Origin: the human T2T-CHM13v2.0 reference genome, Homo sapiens
Length of the DNA stretch: 64,000 bases
Assembly (NCBI RefSeq): GCF_009914755.1
Contig: NC_060942.1
Strand: one strand, 5' to 3'
Position numbers and translations under genes: made by a program. Below are positions 1 to 11,000 of the stretch, one piece after another. The stretch's first letter is position 1. Each line of letters begins with the position of its first letter. Under the pieces are notes generated by a model. It did no database searches, had not been told where the DNA came from, and worked only from the letters and a program-made list of their open reading frames with translations.

Positions 1-330
1 GAAGCGGGAATTCATACAAATTGCAGACTGCAGCGTTCTGAGAAACATCTTTGTGATGTTTGTATTCAGGACACAGAGTTGAACATTCCCTATCATAGAG
101 CAGGTTTGAATCACTCCTTTTGTAGTATCTGGAAGTGGACATTTGGAGCGCTTTCAGGCCTATGTTGGAAAAGGAAATATCTTCCCATAACAACTAGACA
201 GAAGCATTCTCAGAAACTTATTTGAGATGTGTGTACTCAACTAAGAGAATTGAACCACCGTTTTGAAGGAGCAGTTTTGAAACTCTCTTTTTCTGGAATC
301 TGCAAGTGGATATTTGGCTAGCTTTGGGGA

Positions 331-347
331 TTTCGCTGGAAGCGGGA
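331..347 (+). promoter_or_regulatory. CENP-B box in m2 (recurs in each full HOR)
   Basis: TTTCGCTGGAAGCGGGA fits nTTCGnnnnAnnCGGGn. Confidence 0.9.
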
Positions 348-496
348 ATACATATAAAAAGCACACAGCAGCGTTCTGAGAAACTGCTTTCTGATGTTTG
401 CATTCAAGTCAAAAGTTGAACACTCCCTTTCATAGAGCAGTCTTGAAACACCCCTTTTGTAGTATCTGGAACTGGACTTTTGGAGCGATTTCAGGG

Positions 497-513
497 CTAA
501 GGTGAAAAAGGAA
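497..513 (+). promoter_or_regulatory. A-box / pJalpha-type motif in m3 (recurs in each full HOR)
   Basis: CTAAGGTGAAAAAGGAA at the position equivalent to the CENP-B box; one mismatch to the recalled pJalpha consensus CTAYGGTGRAAAAGGAA. Confidence 0.7.
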
Positions 514-667
514 ATATCTTCCCATAAAAACTGGACAGAAGCATTCTCAGAAACTTGTTTATGCTGTATCTACTCAACTAACAAAGTTGAACCTTTCTTT
601 TGATAGAGCAGTTTTGAAATGGTCTTTTTGTGGAATCTGCAAGTGGATATTTGGCTAGTTTTGAGGA

Positions 668-684
668 TTTCGTTGGAAGCGGGA
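668..684 (+). promoter_or_regulatory. CENP-B box in m4 (recurs in each full HOR)
   Basis: TTTCGTTGGAAGCGGGA fits nTTCGnnnnAnnCGGGn. Confidence 0.92.
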
Positions 685-1005
685 ATTCATACAAATTGCA
701 GACTGCAGCGTTCTGAGAAACATCTTTGTGATGTTTGTATTCAGGACACAGAGTTGAACATTCCCTATCATAGAGCAGGTTGGAATCACTCCTTTTGTAG
801 TATCTGGAAGTGGACATTTGGAGCGCTTTCAGGCCTATTTTGGAAAGGGAAATATCTTCCCGTAACAACTATGCAGAAGCATTCTCAGAAACTTGTTTGT
901 GATGTGTGCCCTCTACTGACAGAGTTGAACCTTTCTTTTCATAGAGCAGTTTTGAAACACTCTTTTTGTAGAATCTGCAAGAGGATATTTGCATAGCTTT
1001 GAGGA

Positions 1006-1022
1006 TTTCGTGGGAAACGGGA
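1006..1022 (+). promoter_or_regulatory. CENP-B box in m6 (recurs in each HOR)
   Basis: TTTCGTGGGAAACGGGA fits nTTCGnnnnAnnCGGGn. Confidence 0.9.
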
Positions 1023-1347
1023 TTGTCTTCAGGTAAAATCTAGACAGAAGCATTCTCAGAAACTTCTTTGGGATGTTTCCATTCAAGTCACAGAGTAGAA
1101 CATTCCCTTTGGTAGAGCAGGTTTGAAACACTCTTTTTGTAGTATCTGGAAGTGGACATTTGGAGCGCTTTCAGGCCCATGTTGGAAAGGGAAATATCTT
1201 CCCGTAACAACTAGGCAGAAGCATTCTCAGAAACTTATTTGAGATGTGTGTACTCAACTAAGAGAATTGAACCACCGTTTTGAAGGAGCAGTTTTGAAAC
1301 ACTCTTTTTCTGGAATCTGCAAGAGTATATTTGCCTAGCCTTGAGGA

Positions 1348-1364
1348 TTTCGTTGGAAACGGGA
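1348..1364 (+). promoter_or_regulatory. CENP-B box in m8 (recurs in each HOR)
   Basis: TTTCGTTGGAAACGGGA, canonical box. Confidence 0.93.
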
Positions 1365-1689
1365 TTGTCTTCAGAGAAAATCTAGACAGAAGCATTCTCA
1401 GAAACTTCTTTGGGATGTTTGCATTCAAGTCACAGAGTAGAACATTCCCTTTGGTAGAGCAGGTTTGAAACACTCTTTTTTTAGTATATGGAAGTGGACA
1501 TTTGGAGCGCTTTCAGGCCTACGTTGGAAAAGGAAATATCTTCCCATAACAACTAGACAGAAGCATTCTCAGAAACTAGTTTCTGATGTGTGTCCTCAAC
1601 TAACACAGTTGAACATTTCTTTAGACAGAACAGTTTTGAAACACTCTTTTTGTGGAATCTGCAAGTGGCTATTTGGCTAGATTTGAGGA

Positions 1690-1706
1690 TTTCGTTGGAA
1701 ACGGGA
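1690..1706 (+). promoter_or_regulatory. CENP-B box in m10 (recurs in each HOR)
   Basis: TTTCGTTGGAAACGGGA, canonical box. Confidence 0.93.
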
Positions 1707-1856
1707 TTACATATAAAAAGCAGTCAGCAGCATTCTCAGAAAGTTCTTTGTGATGATTGCATTCAAGTCACAGAATTGAACATTCCCTTTCACAGAGCAG
1801 GTTTGAAACACTCTTTTTGTAGTGTGTGTAAGTGGACATTTGGAGCACTTACCGGC

Positions 1857-1873
1857 CTAAGGTGAAAAAGGAA
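1857..1873 (+). promoter_or_regulatory. A-box / pJalpha-type motif in m11 (recurs in each HOR)
   Basis: CTAAGGTGAAAAAGGAA as in m3. The other A-type monomers carry the more degenerate C(T/C)A(T/C)(G/T)TTGGAAA(A/G)GGAA. Confidence 0.7.
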
Positions 1874-2027
1874 ATATCTTCCCATAAAAACTAGACAGAA
1901 GCATTCTCAGAAACTTACTCGTGATGTGTGTCCTCAACTAAAGGAGTAGAACCTTTCTTTTCATAGAGAAGTTTTGAAACGCTCTTTTTGTGGAATCTGC
2001 AAGTGGATATTTGGCTAGTTTTGAGGA

Positions 2028-2044
2028 TTTCGTTGGAAGCGGGA
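2028..2044 (+). promoter_or_regulatory. CENP-B box in m12 (recurs in each HOR)
   Basis: TTTCGTTGGAAGCGGGA fits nTTCGnnnnAnnCGGGn. Confidence 0.92.
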
Positions 2045-5000
2045 ATTCATACAAATTGCAGACTGCAGCGTTCTGAGAAACATCTTTGTGATGTTTGTAT
2101 TCAGGACACAGAGTTGAACATTCCCTATCATAGAGCAGGTTTGAATCACTCCTTTTGTAGTATCTGGAAGTGGACATTTGGAGCGCTTTCAGGCCTATGT
2201 TGGAAAAGGAAATATCTTCCCATAACAACTAGACAGAAGCATTCTCAGAAACTTATTTGAGATGTGTGTACTCAACTAAGAGAATTGAACCACCGTTTTG
2301 AAGGAGCAGTTTTGAAACTCTCTTTTTCTGGAATCTGCAAGTGGATATTTGGCTAGCTTTGGGGATTTCGCTGGAAGCGGGAATACATATAAAAAGCACA
2401 CAGCAGCGTTCTGAGAAACTGCTTTCTGATGTTTGCATTCAAGTCAAAAGTTGAACACTCCCTTTCATAGAGCAGTCTTGAAACACCCCTTTTGTAGTAT
2501 CTGGAACTGGACTTTTGGAGCGATTTCAGGGCTAAGGTGAAAAAGGAAATATCTTCCCATAAAAACTGGACAGAAGCATTCTCAGAAACTTGTTTATGCT
2601 GTATCTACTCAACTAACAAAGTTGAACCTTTCTTTTGATAGAGCAGTTTTGAAATGGTCTTTTTGTGGAATCTGCAAGTGGATATTTGGCTAGTTTTGAG
2701 GATTTCGTTGGAAGCGGGAATTCATACAAATTGCAGACTGCAGCGTTCTGAGAAACATCTTTGTGATGTTTGTATTCAGGACACAGAGTTGAACATTCCC
2801 TATCATAGAGCAGGTTGGAATCACTCCTTTTGTAGTATCTGGAAGTGGACATTTGGAGCGCTTTCAGGCCTATTTTGGAAAGGGAAATATCTTCCCGTAA
2901 CAAATATGCAGAAGCATTCTCAGAAACTTGTTTGTGATGTGTGCCCTCTACTGACAGAGTTGAAACTTTCTTTTCATAGAGCAGTTTTGAAACACTCTTT
3001 TTGTAGAATCTGCAAGAGGATATTTGCATAGCTTTGAGGATTTCGTGGGAAACGGGATTGTCTTCAGGTAAAATCTAGACAAGCATTCTCAGAAACTTCT
3101 TTGGGATGTTTGCATTCAAGTCACAGAGTAGAACATTCCCTTTGGTAGAGCAGGTTTGAAACACTCTTTTTGTAGTATCTGGAAGTGGACATTTGGAGCG
3201 CTTTCAGGCCCATGTTGGAAAGGGAAATATCTTCCCGTAACAACTAGGCAGAAGCATTCTCAGAAACTTATTTGAGATGTGTGTACTCAACTAAGAGAAT
3301 TGAACCACCGTTTTGAAGGAGCAGTTTTGAAACACTCTTTTTCTGGAATCTGCAAGAGTATATTTGCCTAGCCTTGAGGATTTCGTTGGAAACGGGATTG
3401 TCTTCAGAGAAAATCTAGACAGAAGCATTCTCAGAAACTTCTTTGGGATGTTTGCATTCAAGTCACAGAGTAGAACATTCCCTTTGGTAGAGCAGGTTTG
3501 AAACACTCTTTTTTTAGTATCTGGAAGTGGACATTTGGAGCGCTTTCAGGCCTACGTTGGAAAAGGAAATATCTTCCCATAACAACTAGACAGAAGCATT
3601 CTCAGAAACTAGTTTCTGATGTGTGTCCTCAACTAACACAGTTGAACATTTCTTTAGACAGAACAGTTTTGAAACACTCTTTTTGTGGAATCTGCAAGTG
3701 GCTATTTGGCTAGATTTGAGGATTTCGTTGGAAACGGGATTACATATAAAAAGCAGTCAGCAGCATTCTCAGAAAGTTCTTTGTGATGATTGCATTCAAG
3801 TCACAGAATTGAACATTCCCTTTCACAGAGCAGGTTTGAAACACTCTTTTTGTAGTGTGTGTAAGTGGACATTTGGAGCACTTACCGGCCTAAGGTGAAA
3901 AAGGAAATATCTTCCCATAAAAACTAGACAGAAGCATTCTCAGAAACTTACTCGTGATGTGTGTCCTCAACTAAAGGAGTAGAACCTTTCTTTTCATAGA
4001 GAAGTTTTGAAACGCTCTTTTTGTGGAATCTGCAAGTGGATATTTGGCTAGTTTTGAGGATTTCGTTGGAAGCGGGAATTCATACAAATTGCAGACTGCA
4101 GCGTTCTGAGAAACATCTTTGTGATGTTTGTATTCAGGACACAGAGTTGAACATTCCCTATCATAGAGCAGGTTTGAATCACTCCTTTTGTAGTATCTGG
4201 AAGTGGACATTTGGAGCGCTTTCAGGCCTATGTTGGAAAAGGAAATATCTTCCCATAACAACTAGACAGAAGCATTCTCAGAAACTTATTTGAGATGTGT
4301 GTACTCAACTAAGAGAATTGAACCACCGTTTTGAAGGAGCAGTTTTGAAACTCTCTTTTTCTGGAATCTGCAAGTGGATATTTGGCTAGCTTTGGGGATT
4401 TCGCTGGAAGCGGGAATACATATAAAAAGCACACAGCAGCGTTCTGAGAAACTGCTTTCTGATGTTTGCATTCAAGTCAAAAGTTGAACACTCCCTTTCA
4501 TAGAGCAGTCTTGAAACACCCTTTTTGTAGTATCTGGAACTGGACTTTTGGAGCGATTTCAGGGCTAAGGTGAAAAAGGAAATATCTTCCCATAAAAACT
4601 GGACAGAAGCATTCTCAGAAACTTGTTTATGCTGTATCTACTCAACTAACAAAGTTGAACCTTTCTTTTGATAGAGCAGTTTTGAAATGGTCTTTTTGTG
4701 GAATCTGCAAGTGGATATTTGGCTAGTTTTGAGGATTTCGTTGGAAGCGGGAATTCATACAAATTGCAGACTGCAGCGTTCTGAGAAACATCTTTGTGAT
4801 GTTTGTATTCAGGACACAGAGTTGAACATTCCCTATCATAGAGCAGGTTGGAATCACTCCTTTTGTAGTATCTGGAAGTGGACATTTGGAGCGCTTTCAG
4901 GCCTATTTTGGAAAGGGAAATATCTTCCCGTAACAACTATGCAGAAGCATTCTCAGAAACTTGTTTGTGATGTGTGCCCTCTACTGACAGAGTTGAACCT

Positions 5001-8000
5001 TTCTTTTCATAGAGCAGTTTTGAAACACTCTTTTTGTAGAATCTGCAAGAGGATATTTGCATAGCTTTGAGGATTTCGTGGGAAACGGGATTGTCTTCAG
5101 GTAAAATCTAGACAGAAGCATTCTCAGAAACTTCTTTGGGATGTTTGCATTCAAGTCACAGAGTAGAACATTCCCTTTGGTAGAGCAGGTTTGAAACACT
5201 CTTTTTGTAGTATCTGGAAGTGGACATTTGGAGCGCTTTCAGGCCCATGTTGGAAAGGGAAATATCTTCCCGTAACAACTAGGCAGAAGCATTCTCAGAA
5301 ACTTATTTGAGATGTGTGTACTCAACTAAGAGAATTGAACCACCGTTTTGAAGGAGCAGTTTTGAAACACTCTTTTTCTGGAATCTGCAAGAGTATATTT
5401 GCCTAGCCTTGAGGATTTCGTTGGAAACGGGATTGTCTTCAGAGAAAATCTAGACAGAAGCATTCTCAGAAACTTCTTTGGGATGTTTGCATTCAAGTCA
5501 CACAGTAGAACATTCCCTTTGGTAGAGCAGGTTTGAAACACTCTTTTTTTAGTATATGGAAGTGGACATTTGGAGCGCTTTCAGGCCTACGTTGGAAAAG
5601 GAAATATCTTCCCATAACAACTAGACAGAAGCATTCTCAGAAACTAGTTTCTGATGTGTGTCCTCAACTAACACAGTTGAACATTTCTTTAGACAGAACA
5701 GTTTTGAAACACTCTTTTTGTGGAATCTGCAAGTGGCTATTTGGCTAGATTTGAGGATTTCGTTGGAAACGGGATTACATATAAAAAGCAGTCAGCAGCA
5801 TTCTCAGAAAGTTCTTTGTGATGATTGCATTCAAGTCACAGAATTGAACATTCCCTTTCACAGAGCAGGTTTGAAACACTCTTTTTGTAGTGTGTGTAAG
5901 TGGACATTTGGAGCACTTACCGGCCTAAGGTGAAAAAGGAAATATCTTCCCATAAAAACTAGACAGAAGCATTCTCAGAAACTTACTCGTGATGTGTGTC
6001 CTCAACTAAAGGAGTAGAACCTTTCTTTTCATAGAGAAGTTTTGAAACGCTCTTTTTGTGGAATCTGCAAGTGGATATTTGGCTAGTTTTGAGGATTTCG
6101 TTGGAAGCGGGAATTCATACAAATTGCAGACTGCAGCGTTCTGAGAAACATCTTTGTGATGTTTGTATTCAGGACACAGAGTTGAACATTCCCTATCATA
6201 GAGCAGGTTTGAATCACTCCTTTTGTAGTATCTGGAAGTGGACATTTGGAGCGCTTTCAGGCCTATGTTGGAAAAGGAAATATCTTCCCATAACAACTAG
6301 ACAGAAGCATTCTCAGAAACTTATTTGAGATGTGTGTACTCAACTAAGAGAATTGAACCACCGTTTTGAAGGAGCAGTTTTGAAACTCTCTTTTTCTGGA
6401 ATCTGCAAGTGGATATTTGGCTAGCTTTGGGGATTTCGCTGGAAGCGGGAATACATATAAAAAGCACACAGCAGCGTTCTGAGAAACTGCTTTCTGATGT
6501 TTGCATTCAAGTCAAAAGTTGAACACTCCCTTTCATAGAGCAGTCTTGAAACACCCCTTTTGTAGTATCTGGAACTGGACTTTTGGAGCGATTTCAGGGC
6601 TAAGGTGAAAAAGGAAATATCTTCCCATAAAAACTGGACAGAAGCATTCTCAGAAACTTGTTTATGCTGTATCTACTCAACCAGCAAAGTTGAACCTTTC
6701 TTTTGATAGAGCAGTTTTGAAATGGTCTTTTTGTGGAATCTGCAAGTGGATATTTGGCTAGTTTTGAGGATTTCGTTGGAAGCGGGAATTCATACAAATT
6801 GCAGACTGCAGCGTTCTGAGAAACATCTTTGTGATGTTTGTATTCAGGACACAGAGTTGAACATTCCCTATCATAGAGCAGGTTGGAATCACTCCTTTTG
6901 TAGTATCTGGAAGTGGACATTTGGAGCGCTTTCAGGCCTATTTTGGAAAGGGAAATATCTTCCCGTAACAACTATGCAGAAGCATTCTCAGAAACTTGTT
7001 TGTGATGTGTGCCCTCTACTGACAGAGTTGAACCTTTCTTTTCATAGAGCAGTTTTGAAACACTCTTTTTGTAGAATCTGCAAGAGGATATTTGCATAGC
7101 TTTGAGGATTTCGTGGGAAACGGGATTGTCTTCAGGTAAAATCTAGACAGAAGCATTCTCAGAAACTTCTTTGGGATGTTTGCATTCAAGTCACAGAGTA
7201 AAACATTCCCTTTGGTAGAGCAGGTTTGAAACACTCTTTTTGTAGTATCTGGAAGTGGACATTTGGAGCGCTTTCAGGCCCATGTTGGAAAGGGAAATAT
7301 CTTCCCGTAACAACTAGGCAGAAGCATTCTCAGAAACTTATTTGAGATGTGTGTACTCAACTAAGAGAATTGAACCACCGTTTTGAAGGAGCAGTTTTGA
7401 AACACTCTTTTTCTGGAATCTGCAAGAGTATATTTGCCTAGCCTTGAGGATTTCGTTGGAAACGGGATTGTCTTCAGAGAAAATCTAGACAGAAGCATTC
7501 TCAGAAACTTCTTTGGGATGTTTGCATTCAAGTCACAGAGTAGAACATTCCCTTTGGTAGAGCAGGTTTGAAACACTCTTTTTGTAGTATCTGGAAGTGG
7601 ACATTTGGAGCGCTTTCAGGCCTACGTTGGAAAAGGAAATATCTTCCCATAACAACTAGACAGAAGCATTCTCAGAAACTAGTTTCTGATGTGTGTCCTC
7701 AACTAACACAGTTGAACATTTCTTTAGACAGAACAGTTTTGAAACACTCTTTTTGTGGAATCTGCAAGTGGCTATTTGGCTAGATTTGAGGATTTCGTTG
7801 GAAACGGGATTACATATAAAAAGCAGTCAGCAGCATTCTCAGAAAGTTCTTTGTGATGATTGCATTCAAGTCACAGAATTGAACATTCCCTTTCACAGAG
7901 CAGGTTTGAAACACTCTTTTTGTAGTGTGTGTAAGTGGACATTTGGAGCACTTACCGGCCTAAGGTGAAAAAGGAAATATCTTCCCATAAAAACTAGACA

Positions 8001-11000
8001 GAAGCATTCTCAGAAACTTACTCGTGATGTGTGTCCTCAACTAAAGGAGTAGAACCTTTCTTTTCATAGAGAAGTTTTGAAACGCTCTTTTTGTGGAATC
8101 TGCAAGTGGATATTTGGCTAGTTTTGAGGATTTCGTTGGAAGCGGGAATTCATACAAATTGCAGACTGCAGCGTTCTGAGAAACATCTTTGTGATGTTTG
8201 TATTCAGGACACAGAGTTGAACATTCCCTATCATAGAGCAGGTTTGAATCACTCCTTTTGTAGTATCTGGAAGTGGACATTTGGAGCGCTTTCAGGCCTA
8301 TGTTGGAAAAGGAAATATCTTCCCATAACAACTAGACAGAAGCATTCTCAGAAACTTATTTGAGATGTGTGTACTCAACTAAGAGAATTGAACCACCGTT
8401 TTGAAGGAGCAGTTTTGAAACTCTCTTTTTCTGGAATCTGCAAGTGGATATTTGGCTAGCTTTGGGGATTTCGCTGGAAGCGGGAATACATATAAAAAGC
8501 ACACAGCAGCGTTCTGAGAAACTGCTTTCTGATGTTTGCATTCAAGTCAAAAGTTGAACACTCCCTTTCATAGAGCAGTCTTGAAACACCCCTTTTGTAG
8601 TATCTGGAACTGGACTTTTGGAGCGATTTCAGGGCTAAGGTGAAAAAGGAAATATCTTCCCATAAAAACTGGACAGAAGCATTCTCAGAAACTTGTTTAT
8701 GCTGTATCTACTCAACTAACAAAGTTGAACCTTTCTTTTGATAGAGCAGTTTTGAAATGGTCTTTTTGTGGAATCTGCAAGTGGATATTTGGCTAGTTTT
8801 GAGGATTTCGTTGGAAGCGGGAATTCATACAAATTGCAGACTGCAGCGTTCTGAGAAACATCTTTGTGATGTTTGTATTCAGGACACAGAGTTGAACATT
8901 CCCTATCATAGAGCAGGTTGGAATCACTCCTTTTGTAGTATCTGGAAGTGGACATTTGGAGCGCTTTCAGGCCTATTTTGGAAAGGGAAATATCTTCCCG
9001 TAACAACTATGCAGAAGCATTCTCAGAAACTTGTTTGTGATGTGTGCCCTCTACTGACAGAGTTGAACCTTTCTTTTCATAGAGCAGTTTTGAAACACTC
9101 TTTTTGTAGAATCTGCAAGAGGATATTTGCATAGCTTTGAGGATTTCGTGGGAAACGGGATTGTCTTCAGGTAAAATCTAGACAGAAGCATTCTCAGAAA
9201 CTTCTTTGGGATGTTTGCATTCAAGTCACAGAGTAGAACATTCCCTTTGGTAGAGCAGGTTTGAAACACTCTTTTTGTAGTATCTGGAAGTGGACATTTG
9301 GAGGGCTTTCAGGCCCATGTTGGAAAGGGAAATATCTTCCCGTAACAACTAGGCAGAAGCATTCTCAGAAACTTATTTGAGATGTGTGTACTCAACTAAG
9401 AGAATTGAACCACCGTTTTGAAGGAGCAGTTTTGAAACACTCTTTTTCTGGAATCTGCAAGAGGATATTTGCCTAGCCTTGAGGATTTCGTTGGAAACGG
9501 GATTGTCTTCAGAGAAAATCTAGACAGAAGCATTCTCAGAAACTTCTTTGGGATGTTTGCATTCAAGTCACAGAGTAGAACATTCCCTTTGGTAGAGCAG
9601 GTTTGAAACACTCTTTTTGTAGTATCTGGAAGTGGACATTTGGAGCGCTTTCAGGCCTACGTTGGAAAAGGAAATATCTTCCCATAACAACTAGACAGAA
9701 GCATTCTCAGAAACTAGTTTCTGATGTGTGTCCTCAACTAACACAGTTGAACATTTCTTTAGACAGAACAGTTTTGAAACACTCTTTTTGTGGAATCTGC
9801 AAGTGGCTATTTGGCTAGATTTGAGGATTTCGTTGGAAACGGGATTACATATAAAAAGCAGTCAGCAGCATTCTCAGAAAGTTCTTTGTGATGATTGCAT
9901 TCAAGTCACAGAATTGAACATTCCCTTTCACAGAGCAGGTTTGAAACACTCTTTTTGTAGTGTGTGTAAGTGGACATTTGGAGCACTTACCGGCCTAAGG
10001 TGAAAAAGGAAATATCTTCCCATAAAAACTAGACAGAAGCATTCTCAGAAACTTACTCGTGATGTGTGTCCTCAACTAAAGGAGTAGAACCTTTCTTTTC
10101 ATAGAGAAGTTTTGAAACGCTCTTTTTGTGGAATCTGCAAGTGGATATTTGGCTAGTTTTGAGGATTTCGTTGGAAGCGGGAATTCATACAAATTGCAGA
10201 CTGCAGCGTTCTGAGAAACATCTTTGTGATGTTTGTATTCAGGACACAGAGTTGAACATTCCCTATCATAGAGCAGGTTTGAATCACTCCTTTTGTAGTA
10301 TCTGGAAGTGGACATTTGGAGCGCTTTCAGGCCTATGTTGGAAAAGGAAATATCTTCCCATAACAACTAGACAGAAGCATTCTCAGAAACTTATTTGAGA
10401 TGTGTGTACTCAACTAAGAGAATTGAACCACCGTTTTGAAGGAGCAGTTTTGAAACTCTCTTTTTCTGGAATCTGCAAGTGGATATTTGGCTAGCTTTGG
10501 GGATTTCGCTGGAAGCGGGAATACATATAAAAAGCACACAGCAGCGTTCTGAGAAACTGCTTTCTGATGTTTGCATTCAAGTCAAAAGTTGAACACTCCC
10601 TTTCATAGAGCAGTCTTGAAACACCCCTTTTGTAGTATCTGGAACTGGACTTTTGGAGCGATTTCAGGGCTAAGGTGAAAAAGGAAATATCTTCCCATAA
10701 AAACTGGACAGAAGCATTCTCAGAAACTTGTTTATGCTGTATCTACTCAACTAACAAAGTTGAACCTTTCTTTTGATAGAGCAGTTTTGAAATGGTCTTT
10801 TTGTGGAATCTGCAAGTGGATATTTGGCTAGTTTTGAGGATTTCGTTGGAAGCGGGAATTCATACAAATTGCAGACTGCAGCGTTCTGAGAAACATCTTT
10901 GTGATGTTTGTATTCAGGACACAGAGTTGAACATTCCCTATCATAGAGCAGGTTGGAATCACTCCTTTTGTAGTATCTGGAAGTGGACATTTGGAGCGCT

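Larger units (their letters stand above)
34..2068 (+). repeat. Representative canonical 12-monomer HOR unit
   Basis: Monomer lengths counted from CATTCTC/CGTTCTG starts are 171,167,170,167,171,171,171,171,171,167,171,167, summing to 2035 bp. The sequence restarts at 2069. Confidence 0.95.

Noticed and set aside
207-215. Dyad TTCTCAGAA / TTCTGAGAA (resembles the STAT GAS site TTCNNNGAA) at each monomer start
   Set aside because: It is an intrinsic part of the alphoid consensus, and the sequence gives no evidence of a specific regulatory role here.
2613-3029. Longer 138 aa ORF, and the 123 aa ORF at 6600-6971
   Set aside because: Each results from private SNPs removing a stop codon in a single unit, which is chance read-through.
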